From Pelagomonas calceolata (taxonomy: Eukaryota), in contig CAKKNE010000002.1 of the NCBI GenBank assembly GCA_918797485.1, positions 930,001 through 994,000 of the forward strand: a DNA stretch of 64,000 nucleotides. The letters are read 5' to 3'. The notes under the pieces were generated by a model. That model worked only from the letters and a program-made list of their open reading frames with translations, had not been told where the DNA came from and made no database searches. Shown in pieces: positions 22,601 through 33,224 of the stretch (within the stretch, counting starts at the first letter, position 1; the number at the start of each line of letters is the position of its first letter). A program made the translations under genes and the position numbers.

Positions 22601-25112
22601 CCCCGCTCGTGCAGGTGCAAAACGTGTGCCCAGTGTGACTGGTGCTCGAGGCCTGTATCGCCGCATAGTCGTCATCGCACGAGTACGACTGCACGAGCGC
22701 AGCGCCGCACAGGTTGTCAGAGTACTCCTCTGCGCGCACACAGTCTTGACCGAAAGTCGCGCACATCTCCCGACAGCTCCCTGCATTGAAGTAATCGTAC
22801 CCATCATACCCTGGGTCTATAACATTGAACATACACTCGCCGTCCGGGGCGCCGCATTCGTAACCTCTGAACGGGCAGCTCTCTACCGTGCAGTGGTCGT
22901 CTCCGCACGTACCGCAGGGAGAGAACATCGTCGCGCAGGTCCCGCTCTCTGTGGTTGCGCCGCCGCTGCGCTCGCAAAGCGGGTACGTGTCCTCGCAGTC
23001 GCAGCCGGAAACGTCGTGCCACTTATCGCCGTGCCACGCAGTCTTGAAGAAGGCGCGGTCCTCGCCGCAGAAGCATGTCCCCTCGGACCCGTCCCAATTG
23101 GTCCACGAGAGCGCCTCACCGGTATGCCAGTACCACTCGCTACCGTACGCCTCGAGGCCGAGCCAGCAGTTTCGCATACCACCGGCGATGCACGCGCTGT
23201 AAGCTGCCTCGTTCTCGGCTTGGGAGTGAATCGTCACGAGGGACGCGTCGCGCTCCGCGCAATAGGTCTTCGCGTCGTCGTACGACGTCGAGTAGTCGCC
23301 GACAAAGTACTCGCTAGGAAGGCAGCGGTACCCCTTCTTGCCCGGCCAGCAGTCGTGCTCGCCTTCGTTGCCGCGCACGAGCGTGTACCCGTCCGCGCAC
23401 CACGTTTCGTAGTCGTAGCCGCAGCAATCACCATCATGCGACGCGCAGTCATATTCCCGACACTTGCTCGCGTCGTGGCTCGAGAGGTCCTGCGACCCGT
23501 CGTAGTAGAGCGCGGTGGTCGTGCAGGTCTCTTCGTCCTCGTCCTCGTAGCCCGAGCTGCCCGTGCAGCACTGTCCGTCGCCGTAGTAATCGCAGTCGCA
23601 ATCGCCGCACGCCGGGTAGCCACAATCCCCACAATTGCAGTTGTCCGGGAGCGAGGCGTCGTTCGTGCAGAAGTCCCTCGTTATGGGGCACGACGTGATG
23701 TCCGCTGAGCCGCACCCGCCGCCGCCGCCGTCGAGGCGAATGTTGTCCACGAAGACCTTTCCCCAAGAGGAAGATTGAGTGTCGACGATCCGCACGTAGA
23801 CTCGCTCGCCGGCGGCGCTGGAGACGTCGCAGGAATCCCAGAAGAACGAATCCGTGTCTTCGCCGCGACTGCTTGAGCAGACCACGCTGCCGCTCTCGCG
23901 GTGCACCGAAACGCCGGAGGGGGAATCCGCGCCTCCGCACCGCAGGAATTCAAGGCTTTGGGCGTCGGACGGGAGTTCGAACGTCGGCGACTGCGCCGTG
24001 CCCGTGTCGTGGTCCCCGCCAATCGAAAAGTACTGCTCGCCCTGGGCGTTGGGCAGCGGCGTCCCGCAACCGGACACGCACGTGTATCGGGAGACGACGC
24101 GCGCGTCGCCCGTGCAGGTCCACCCGCTGGGGCAGCTGTCGATGGCGGTGTCTTCGAAGTCGAAGAGGCAGGCCTGGCTTCCCGCGACGAATGTGAAGGA
24201 GTCGTCGTCTGAACCCGTCGACGAACCGGGGATGCTGCAGACGGCGCCCACGGGCTCGGCTCCCTCCCACTCGTCGCAGCCGCCGTCCGCCCAGCCGCTG
24301 GTGTGGCCCTTGTAGTAGCCGCCGCAGTCCTCGTTGCCGCCCCAATTATTGGGTTCGCCGCCCGCCCAGTTGATATAGTCGAGCGCGCTGCCGTCGACCC
24401 ACGCGTACGAGCCCTCTGTGGTCGTGTCGGACAGGCCGAACCACGCGCTCGAGCCGGAGGGAACGACTGCCTTCGCCGCCGCATCCTCGGCGGCGCTGTG
24501 GATGGTGGCCAGATCGCCGCCGCGGCTCTGGCACTGCGCGCGGCCGTTCGACCACGAGCCCACGTTGGCGACGAATGAAAATTCTGCAACAACGTCCTCG
24601 CATGACACTGTCACCGTGCCGTCATTATCGCACCAGTAGTAGTCACGCCCGTCGCCGCGCGGAGACTTCCAGCAACTATCGGCGGGATCGCCGGTATCGT
24701 GGCCGCAGTAGATCTGTGCGTCGTGGAAGACGCCGTCGGGGGAATCGCCGTACGCTTGGCCGTAAAATCGGAATGGATTATTGTCTCCGACCCAGGGATC
24801 CGCAGCGGAAAGATCAGGCGCGGTGGCCGTCAGGAACCACCCGCCCGCACGCGTCGAATAGTACAAGTATTTCACCCCGTTGCTGACATCGTCGTTCTCG
24901 TACCAAGAACGGCCGTCGCTCGTTGTGCCGGACCAGATCCACTTATTATTGGAGCTGTCGATGTGCGTGTAGTCCGTGTCCGTGTCCGTGTGCTCATTAG
25001 GGCAGGCGAGGCCGCTGATCGTGCAGCTGCCGCCCGCCCGGGCCGGCGCGGCGAGGCAGAGGAGCGCCAGCGCGAGGCCGGCGCGGCTGCCCGCGGGGGC
25101 TGCTGGTTTCAT
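19640..25112 (-). CDS. Large single-pass surface protein (C-type lectin x2, Cys-rich modules, LamG-like, PT repeats, TM, C-terminal zinc ribbon); exons 25112-21661 and 21593-19640
   Basis: Signal peptide; WFGLSD...NWAGGEPNN...EDC lectin motif; WHHVAGTYD...LYVDG LamG; CPSCG...CMACG; removing the intron restores the RPT repeat register. Confidence 0.8.
21594..21660 (-). mobile_element. Degenerate introner-type GC-AG intron (67 bp)
   Basis: TIR-like CTGTGCGGAAATC/GATTCCTACACAG; GC donor 8 bp upstream of the TIR; joins two ORFs in frame. Confidence 0.7.
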
Positions 25113-25216
25113 GGCGATCGGCCCCCTAGCGCTGCCCCAAACCACAAAATCCTCTCTGCTTGGCCGCTAAATCTTGCTGCCGCTAAATGAGAGGCTCTAG
25201 GAGGCGGATAGCCGAG

Positions 25217-25345
25217 CCGCCCACTCGTCCCTAGCACCGTAACAACATCCCCCCCAGGGGCTCCGCCCACTAGTCCTAGCACCGTAGCAATAGACCCCAG
25301 CCCTGGGCAGGGGCTCCGCCCACTAGTCCTAGCACCGTAACAATA
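25217..25345. repeat. Dispersed intergenic repeat family 1, three copies
   Basis: (CAGGGGCT)CCGCCCACT(A/C)GTCCTAGCACCGTA(A/G)CAA at ~25217, 25255, 25308. Confidence 0.85.
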
Positions 25346-25438
25346 AATGAGTTGGGACTCAGATCCTCAGGCTCGGGTCTTGTTGTAAACCTCTGGGGAC
25401 TTATTCAGGCAAGGGGGTATGAACACGCGCCGGATGAA

Positions 25439-28400
25439 TTACGCGCGGGCGCCGCACTGCGAGCAGAACGAGCCCTGTAGCGGGGCGCCGCAGTTGCTGC
25501 AGAAGTTTCGCCCGGTCGGCGGCGGCGGCGGCATCAGGGGCGGGACTGCCGTCATTTCCGCTGCGCCCCCGGCCGCGGCCTTAGGGGTGACGGCCACTGC
25601 CTCGAACTCGGGCACCTCCTCGCCGCCCTCCTTGAGGGCCTGGACCTCCTCTGCGATCTCGCCCTGCACCAGCGCGTAGAGGGCGCCCCCTTCCGCGGAA
25701 GTGGAGACCTCGCCGACGCCGTTCTCCTTGTCGATCGCGATGCACACAAAGGCCGCGTTCGACGCGACGAGGAGCGCGTTCACCGTCTGCCAGAAGAAGA
25801 AGGCCGTGACGGCGCCGCAGAAGACGCCGCAGCACCACGGGATCCAGCACCGCGTGATGCTGTCCCCCACGGCCATGGCCACAATGATGATGATGGCCAT
25901 CGCGGCCGCGGGGGCGATCAGCATAAGAGCCATGACGATGATCATGAACTTGGGCCAGCCGGGGCCGTAGGTATCCGTGTCGCCCCACATGTCGTTGTTC
26001 CCGAGGACGTCCTTGCCGTACTCGACGCCCATCCACCACCACGTGAAGATGCCCACGCATAACGACAACCCGTAGCCGATGATCACGAAACTGTTCTGCG
26101 CGGACGTCTCCATGACGAGCGCGCCGAGGCCCCGCTTCTTCATGAGCTTGTAGCAGCGTTTGGCACTCAACCAGAACTCGTCCGCCGTGATGACGTGGAA
26201 GACGAGGACGTACTTGTTGAGCATCTCGAGCCACGTGAAGCAGCAGCACCGGACGATGCACGCGAGCAGGACGATCGGCCAGCGGACGATGAGCGTGAGG
26301 CAGTTCCGGCAGCTGCACTTGCTGTTCTTCTTGATGTAGTTGATGACCTGCAGGACCCAGGCCGTCTTGGAGACCGTGCCGCCGCTCCGCGTGAAGGCGA
26401 GCTTGAGGAGCGTCAGGGGCATCGAGGCCTTGACGAGAGACGGGTCCCAGACGTACTGCGCCGTGCACCCCGCCACGTAGTAGACCTGGGTCATGGTCAC
26501 GTAGTTGCCCATCCACACCCAAATGATGTACATGACGAAGAAGAGGCCGCCGGCGGTCGAGTCGTCTTTCCAGTCGCAACTTGTGTATTCAATTTGGACT
26601 CCCGCTTGGACTCCCGCTGCTTTTTCGGTATTCTCCTTGACGGCGGCATGGCGGCCGGCGGCCGAGGCCACGAGGATCAACACGATAACTAAGGAGGCCG
26701 ACGCGAGCATCCACGTATATACGAGGCACATCAAGGACGGCATCGACAGCAGCGCGTTGCTCGCCACCGAGATGATATTGCCCGCCTTGCGGATCTGGGC
26801 GCGCACGCAGTACACGTAGACCCCGATGAGCGCCGCGATGACGAACATGATCGGCTCGACCTGCTCCCCGCCGACCCCGAGGTAGATGCAGAACGCCGCC
26901 TCGGCCAAAAACGTGCCGAACAGCACGTGCGTGGCCACCTTCTCCATGAGCTTGAGGAACCCGCCGCAGAGGAACATGATGATGGCGACGACGCCGATCG
27001 GGATACCGGGGTGCATGGAGAAGCCCTCCCAGACGTTCTGGGGCACCGGCGTGTTCTTTTTGGACGCGAGGCGGCGGCGGCGGGCCGACGGCGCGTCCCA
27101 CTGGTTGTTGTCCTCCATCTCCCGGCACATCTCGGACATCTCCCAGAACCCGGTCGGGTATAAACTCTCGGCCCCAGGCGGCGGCACCGCGGCCTTGTCG
27201 CAGCACTTCTTGGCGTCGGCCAGGTACTTGTCGTTCACGCCCTCGATCTCGTTGTCCGAGTTCGTGTCGTACCTGGGCGCGCCCGTGGCGCCGAGCCCGA
27301 TCGCCGAGCAAATGAAGAACAACACGCAGAGGACGCTAAAGTAGCCGCAGCGGCGGTCCGTCCAGGGGCGGTCCTCGAGGAGCACCTTGCGCTCGATGTT
27401 GCCGAAGTCGGCGTCGCTCATCTCCACCTCCTTGCCCCCCATGGTGCTGGGGCTGCCGCTGGAATCCGAGGTGTTGGGCAGGGCCGCCTCGTCGGCGGAT
27501 CCTACCAATTGCACTTCGGCCAGCGGTGGCGAATCCGCGCCGCTAGCCTTGGAACGCATGTACACGTACGCCCCAACTCCAATCGCGGCGAGCGCGGCGA
27601 CGCCCACGACGACGCCCGCGATGAGTCCCGCCGACGCTGCGTCGGCGCCGCCGTTGCCGTCGGAGGACCCGTCGTCGCCGGACGCCGTGGTGGTGGGCGT
27701 ACCCACGTTGGTCGTCGTGACGCCGTCGAAATCTTCGTCGACGCCCGCGTCCGTCGCGGCTTTGCTGATTGCGGCGTCGACGTCTGCTGTCGAGCTGCTC
27801 GAAATCGCGCTCGTGACCGCTTGAGCCTCGTTCGCGGTCGCGACGCCCACGGTGTACGTCACCACGATTCCCTCCGCGAGGCGACGGCGACGGGCCTCGG
27901 AGATTTCCACGGTCACGGCGGACGCGGCCACGCCGCAGAGATCGGCGACGGCGGCGACGAAGACGTCGGTGTTGTCCCGCGCCGCTTCGTACGTCATGCC
28001 TTCGAAGGTGAGGTCGCCGGTGACGAGGAAGGGTGATTCGAGGAAGGGCGATTCGAGGGGCGTCGGGTGATCAACCTCTCTTCGGAAGTAGAAATCGCCC
28101 TCGACGCAAATCGTGTCGCCGCCCCCGACGAGTTCGGACCCGTACTGCGGTTCGCCACCCACGGAGGGAGTCTGCCAGGCACTGTCGTCGAAGCCGAGTT
28201 GCGTCCAACTGCTCCCAGAGACCCAGTTGCTCGCGCGCCAGTTCTGCGTGTCGGCCGTCAGGCCGTGCCACGGCCCGGTTCCGTCCGCCGTGGAGCAGCG
28301 CATCGCGAATCCGCCGTACTGGCATCCGCCCTGATTGTCGTAGCCGCTGATTGCGAAGAGACTCGCCGCGCTGGAGAATCTGAGCGTCGCCGGCCACTCG

Positions 28401-30970
28401 CCGCAGAGAGAGCCCGTGACGTCCTGCCCGTCGACGTACACGGCGGTAATTTCGTCGTTGATTACCAAGGAGCACGTCACGTCTGCGTCCGAGCCACTGG
28501 TTGCGTCGGAGCCGCAGTCCTCGTCCTCGTCGTGGTCGCACACCTCCGGCGGCGGGAAGCCCTTGACAGCCACCGGCCCAAAGACGTCGCACTGCCACTC
28601 ACCCCCGACCGACGCGCAATTTTCTTTTTCCCCACATTCGCACCAGTGGTGAGGGCTGCCATAATAGTGACATCCCGCCGCGGCGCACTCGCTCTCGGAC
28701 ACGGCTCCGGGGTCGAACCCGTCGTCGGTCTCGCCGCACCAGCAGTCGTCCTCCGCGTCGAACTCGCTGATGCAGTCGCAGCAATCGAAGCAGAAGCACT
28801 CCGTTTCGCTTGGCATCCACGTCATGGCTTCGTATCCCGCCTCGTCGCAGGCGTCGATGCACTCCTCGCGCGAGGCCATCTCCCCGTTCCACTTGTCATC
28901 GCAGCCCCCGCTGCACCAGCCAGCTGGGCCGTCGGTCCAATCGTCCTCGTCGCCGTCCTCGTCGCCGCCCTCGTCCTCGTCGCCGTCGTCGTCCACCTCG
29001 AACTCGCATCCTGGCGGCTTGAACGAGATGGCGTCGTACGTGCCGTGGCCCTGAAAAGTCCGCAAGCCGATACCGCCGCTACTATAACTAGAGTCGCTGA
29101 AGCTGCCGATCTCGGCACCGTCAAGGAAGACAGTGAAGTCTGATCCGTCCATGTTAATACCGAGGTCATAAAACTGTCCGTGTGTGATCGTGGTATAGTA
29201 TGTGAAGAGGGATAACCAGGCATTGTTCATACGCCCACATGAAACCCAAGAATGCCGTACTATGCCGCAGTAGTACATCTGCCCACCGTTATTCAAGTAA
29301 TCGGCGGCAGACGGCATGTCGGTGATGCGAAAGAGAAGACCAGTTTGAGCACCATCAGATAAACTGACCGATGCCTCAAGGTAGCCATCGGCGTAGTCGG
29401 CGTCCCTGTACAGTACATTACCTTCGCCAGAGTTGCCAACATTGTTGTCGACCGTGCCGCCCGACCACGACCAGTCGCCATCCACGGAGACCCAGTTGCT
29501 GTCGATGCTACTGAAGTCGTCGGAGAAGCAAGTCCCCGCGGTCGCCGAGCCGCATGACACTGTCACCGTGCCGTCATTGTCGCACCAGTAGAAGTCTTGA
29601 CCGTCGCCGCGCGGGGTCTTCGAGCAACCATCGGCGGGATCGCCGGTATCGTGGCCGCAGTAGAGATCTGCGTCGTGGAAGACCCCGTCGGGGGAATCGC
29701 CGTGCGCCTGGCCGTAAAATCGGACTTGATTGTTGCCTCCGACCCAAGGATCCGCTGCGGAAAGATCAGGTGCGGTGGCCGTCAGGAACCACCCGTGCGC
29801 ACGCGTCGAATAGTACAAGTATTTCACCATAACGCTGACATCGTCGTTCTCGTACCAAGATCGGCCGTCGCTCGTTGTGCCGGACCAGATCCACTTATTA
29901 TTGGAGCTGTCGATGTGCGTGTAGTCCATGTCCGTGTCCGTGTGCTCGTCAGGGCAGGCGATGCCGCTGATCGTGCACGCCCCGCGCTCGGCCGAAGAAC
30001 CGCCGCTACCATCGGTACGGCAGAGGGGCTTCGGGGCCCAGTAGTCGTCGGGCGCGTCGTACCACATGCCCGACGCGTCGACGCCGTCTGTGCCGCAGCA
30101 GTTCATCATGGCGTTCCTCTCGTCTCTGCCATTGTGATTCTGCGGCTCGCTCGACAGCCAGTTCGTGTAACTGGCTGTCGATCCATCCATCCACCGCCAC
30201 GTCTGGCTCTCCTTGGGCGTCGACGCGCTGCCGCCGACTTCTTCGAGGCCGATCCAGCACGACGAGCCGCCGCACGCTTGGCGCGCCAGCTCGTTCTCGG
30301 TCGCGCTATAGATGGTGGCGATCGATGCGCCTATGCTTGAGCAGTAGGCCGTCGCGTCGTAGTAATTGCCCCCCGAGGGCCCAGCGACGAAGAGATCCTC
30401 GGAGGAGCCCCCGCTCGTGCAGGTGCAAAACGTGTGACCGAGGCTGTGCCCGCTGCGCAGCTGTATCGCCGCATAGTCGTCGTCGCACGAGTACGACTGC
30501 ACGAACGCCGCGCCGCACAGGTTGTCAGAGTACTCCTCTGCGCGCACGCAGTCTTGACCGAAAGTCGCGCACATGTCCCGACAGCTCCCTGCATTGAAGT
30601 AATCGTACCCATTCCACTCTGGGTCTATAACATTGAACATGCACTCGCCATCCGGGGCGCCGCATTCGTAACCTCTGAACGGGCAGCCCTCTACCGTGCA
30701 GTGGTCGTCTCCGCACGTACCGCAGGGAGAGAATGTCGTCGCGCAGCTTCCCTCGAACATCATGTCGTCGCTTGAACCGCCCTCGTCCTCGTCCTCGTCG
30801 CCGTCCTCGTCGGCGAGGAGCCGCGACGCTTTGGCCGCCCTCTCCGCGCTGCGCTTGACGGCGGGACGGTGCTCCTCTCTCGTGACCGGGGCGAGGGCGT
30901 GGAGGTCCGCTACCGCGCGCGCCGCCGCCGCGGCGAACAGGAGGAAGCGAATCATAGTAATGCTGCCCAT
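25439..30970 (-). CDS. Lectin-domain ectodomain fused to a choline-transporter-like (CTL/SLC44/PNS1) multi-TM domain, C-terminal zinc ribbon
   Basis: 1843-aa intact ORF; signal peptide; CWIGLEE...NW lectin; EDRPWTDRRC, VAGCTAQYVW, FTRSGGTVS, LEMLNKYVLVFHVITADEFWLSAKRCYKL resemble CTL motifs. Confidence 0.75.
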   Translation of the reverse strand: MGSITMIRFLLFAAAAARAVADLHALAPVTREEHRPAVKRSAERAAKASRLLADEDGDEDEDEGGSSDDMMFEGSCATTFSPCGTCGDDHCTVEGCPFRGYECGAPDGECMFNVIDPEWNGYDYFNAGSCRDMCATFGQDCVRAEEYSDNLCGAAFVQSYSCDDDYAAIQLRSGHSLGHTFCTCTSGGSSEDLFVAGPSGGNYYDATAYCSSIGASIATIYSATENELARQACGGSSCWIGLEEVGGSASTPKESQTWRWMDGSTASYTNWLSSEPQNHNGRDERNAMMNCCGTDGVDASGMWYDAPDDYWAPKPLCRTDGSGGSSAERGACTISGIACPDEHTDTDMDYTHIDSSNNKWIWSGTTSDGRSWYENDDVSVMVKYLYYSTRAHGWFLTATAPDLSAADPWVGGNNQVRFYGQAHGDSPDGVFHDADLYCGHDTGDPADGCSKTPRGDGQDFYWCDNDGTVTVSCGSATAGTCFSDDFSSIDSNWVSVDGDWSWSGGTVDNNVGNSGEGNVLYRDADYADGYLEASVSLSDGAQTGLLFRITDMPSAADYLNNGGQMYYCGIVRHSWVSCGRMNNAWLSLFTYYTTITHGQFYDLGINMDGSDFTVFLDGAEIGSFSDSSYSSGGIGLRTFQGHGTYDAISFKPPGCEFEVDDDGDEDEGGDEDGDEDDWTDGPAGWCSGGCDDKWNGEMASREECIDACDEAGYEAMTWMPSETECFCFDCCDCISEFDAEDDCWCGETDDGFDPGAVSESECAAAGCHYYGSPHHWCECGEKENCASVGGEWQCDVFGPVAVKGFPPPEVCDHDEDEDCGSDATSGSDADVTCSLVINDEITAVYVDGQDVTGSLCGEWPATLRFSSAASLFAISGYDNQGGCQYGGFAMRCSTADGTGPWHGLTADTQNWRASNWVSGSSWTQLGFDDSAWQTPSVGGEPQYGSELVGGGDTICVEGDFYFRREVDHPTPLESPFLESPFLVTGDLTFEGMTYEAARDNTDVFVAAVADLCGVAASAVTVEISEARRRRLAEGIVVTYTVGVATANEAQAVTSAISSSSTADVDAAISKAATDAGVDEDFDGVTTTNVGTPTTTASGDDGSSDGNGGADAASAGLIAGVVVGVAALAAIGVGAYVYMRSKASGADSPPLAEVQLVGSADEAALPNTSDSSGSPSTMGGKEVEMSDADFGNIERKVLLEDRPWTDRRCGYFSVLCVLFFICSAIGLGATGAPRYDTNSDNEIEGVNDKYLADAKKCCDKAAVPPPGAESLYPTGFWEMSEMCREMEDNNQWDAPSARRRRLASKKNTPVPQNVWEGFSMHPGIPIGVVAIIMFLCGGFLKLMEKVATHVLFGTFLAEAAFCIYLGVGGEQVEPIMFVIAALIGVYVYCVRAQIRKAGNIISVASNALLSMPSLMCLVYTWMLASASLVIVLILVASAAGRHAAVKENTEKAAGVQAGVQIEYTSCDWKDDSTAGGLFFVMYIIWVWMGNYVTMTQVYYVAGCTAQYVWDPSLVKASMPLTLLKLAFTRSGGTVSKTAWVLQVINYIKKNSKCSCRNCLTLIVRWPIVLLACIVRCCCFTWLEMLNKYVLVFHVITADEFWLSAKRCYKLMKKRGLGALVMETSAQNSFVIIGYGLSLCVGIFTWWWMGVEYGKDVLGNNDMWGDTDTYGPGWPKFMIIVMALMLIAPAAAMAIIIIVAMAVGDSITRCWIPWCCGVFCGAVTAFFFWQTVNALLVASNAAFVCIAIDKENGVGEVSTSAEGGALYALVQGEIAEEVQALKEGGEEVPEFEAVAVTPKAAAGGAAEMTAVPPLMPPPPPTGRNFCSNCGAPLQGSFCSQCGARA

Positions 30971-31418
30971 GGTGGCGGCAAGTGATGCTGCCCCAGAGCG
31001 ACGGACGGACGGGACGCGCGACGAGCAACTGATGCTCCTGACGCGCTGCTTTCCTTAGGTTTGTCAACGCTGCCTACTCCTCAGCACGCCTTAATACCAG
31101 CTATTGTTCGGTTGCCTTGCCTGAGGAGATACGAAATACGAAATTAAATCAAACTTATAAGCATGCCCACATGCTGCCAAAGATCGGAGCCACGGAGTCC
31201 TCGTACGGATTGATAAGAAAAAAAAAAAAAAACCTGGCTAGAGGGGCTAGCTAGTGTACCTAGGTAGCTAACGAGCCAAAAGCCTAAGCCTTAGAAAGGC
31301 TGCCGGCAGGCATTTTGCGCGGCTCTGTCGAAGCTTCACGCGACAAGAGAATCTGCGCTGCACCCGTGCGACCTTGCAGCAGTGCGCATCCGAAGTCGCT
31401 CGAGTGCAAGGTGCAAAA

Positions 31419-32996
31419 ATGGATGCCGTGCGCCGCGGCCTCGCGCGCGTGCACGCCCGGCTCGTGGACGGCGCCACGGCCCTGACCTGCATCAGCCACA
31501 AGGCTCCCGCCCGCCTGCTGCCGCTGCACACGCCCGCCGCGGCGCGGCGCGGCGCGGCGCGCTGCGTGCTGTCGAGCCTCGGCGGCGGGCTCCTCCAGGG
31601 CGATGCCATCGCCGTCGAGGCGCGCGTCGGCGCGGGCGCGACGCTGCAGCTGTCGACGCAGGCCTCGACGAAGGTCTATCGGGGCGCGCGCGGCGCCGCG
31701 CAGTCCCTGGACGCCGACGTAGACGCGGGCGGGTTGTTGGTCGTGACGCCGGACGCCGTGACGCCCTTCGCCGGGAGCCGTTACGAGCAAAAGCAGACCG
31801 TAACATTGGCGGCGGGCGGCTCGTGCGTCGTCGTGGACTGGCTCGGCGCCGGCCGGAGCGCGAACGGCGAGCGCTGGCGGAGTTTGGCGTGTACATCGCG
31901 GACGGCGTACGTCACCGCCTCGCGGACGTTGGTGGACGCCGTGGCGCTGCCCGGCGCCCACGCCATCGACGCGACGGACGCCTGGTACGACGCGGTGGTC
32001 TCCTGCGTCTTCGCGGGGCCGCGCGCGCAAGAAACGGGCGAAAAAGCTCTGGCCGTGGCGCGGCGCTTGGCTGCTATGCGGGGCGCGCGCGTCGCCGACG
32101 GTGCCCAGGCGGACGTGGGCCCCCTGGCGGGTGCGGTTTTGATGGGCGCGGGCCGCGTCGACGACGATCTCGTGGTCGCGCGCTTCTGCGCCGAGGCGCC
32201 CGAGGACGCCTACCGCATTTTGAAAGAGGCGCTCGCGCCCCTGGAAGGTGCGCTCGGCGAGGCGCCGTACGCCGAGCGGCTCCACGGCGTCGGCGGGTTC
32301 GGACGGAGGGCGCGCGTGCCGGCGGAAGACGCGGTCGTGGATGTGGCGGACGCGTCATCGACGCCTATGACGCCGGAGCACGTCCTCGCGCTGTCGCAGC
32401 TCGTCGACTCGGCGCTGCCGACGGGCGCCTTCGCCCACTCCGGTGGGCTCGAGGCGGCGGCGCAGCTCAACCTATTGAGGGCGGACGACGAGGCGAGTTT
32501 GGTAAGGTTCCTGGGCCAGCTGCGGGCGTCGCACTACTCGCTATATGTGCCCTTCTTCGACGCCGCGTACCGCGGCGAGGATCTTGCGGCCCTCGACGCG
32601 GCGCTCGACGCGCTCCTCGCGCCGGCGCCGCCCGCGCAACGGGCCTCGCTCGCACAGGGCGCCGGCCTGAGGCGTGTGGCGGGTGCCCTCGGCGGCGGCG
32701 TGCCGGAGGCCTGCGCCCACGGCGCCGTGGCTCTCGGCGCGCTGGCTCATTCGCTCAATCTGCCGCTGGCGGCCGCGCGCGACGCGTTCGCCTTCGCGGC
32801 GGTCCGCGACGCGTGCTCGGCGGCCGTGCGCCTCGGCCTCTGCCAGCCGACGCGCGCCGTCGCCGTGCAGCGCGAGGTCCTCGCGCGGCCCCGGCCCGGC
32901 GTGCCGGCGGTCGAGGACGCGGCGGCGGCGGCGCCGACCGTCGACGCGGCGCACTGCGCTCATGATTTGTTGGAGATGCGGCTTTTTCGGAGTTGA
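31419..32996 (+). CDS. ureD-ureF: UreD-UreF fusion urease accessory protein
   Basis: UreD motifs GGGLLQGD, STQASTKVY, PDAVTPFAGSRYEQ, GRSANGERW; UreF motifs DSALPTGAFAHSGGLE, SAAVRLG, C-terminal RLFRS. Confidence 0.9.
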   Translation: MDAVRRGLARVHARLVDGATALTCISHKAPARLLPLHTPAAARRGAARCVLSSLGGGLLQGDAIAVEARVGAGATLQLSTQASTKVYRGARGAAQSLDADVDAGGLLVVTPDAVTPFAGSRYEQKQTVTLAAGGSCVVVDWLGAGRSANGERWRSLACTSRTAYVTASRTLVDAVALPGAHAIDATDAWYDAVVSCVFAGPRAQETGEKALAVARRLAAMRGARVADGAQADVGPLAGAVLMGAGRVDDDLVVARFCAEAPEDAYRILKEALAPLEGALGEAPYAERLHGVGGFGRRARVPAEDAVVDVADASSTPMTPEHVLALSQLVDSALPTGAFAHSGGLEAAAQLNLLRADDEASLVRFLGQLRASHYSLYVPFFDAAYRGEDLAALDAALDALLAPAPPAQRASLAQGAGLRRVAGALGGGVPEACAHGAVALGALAHSLNLPLAAARDAFAFAAVRDACSAAVRLGLCQPTRAVAVQREVLARPRPGVPAVEDAAAAAPTVDAAHCAHDLLEMRLFRS

Positions 32997-33224
32997 TGCT
33001 CTTGTTTCTTCTTCGGCATTTTTAGGATGTTTTGTATAAGTTTTGTACATACTAAGGACCCATTTAGAGAGAGAGAGAGAGCCATTTTGAGAGAGAGAGA
33101 GAGAGAGCCACTCTTGAACATTTTTGCTAGCGGCCTGTAACACACTAGGGGCTGCCAGCTATGATGGCCTTTTGACCACCGCATTACTGCACAAACGTAT
33201 TTATCTCGATCGCAAAGCTCAGTT

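Noticed and set aside
33065..33107. (GA)n microsatellites; also poly-A at 31218-31232
   Set aside because: Ordinary simple repeats with no TSD or retroposition signature.
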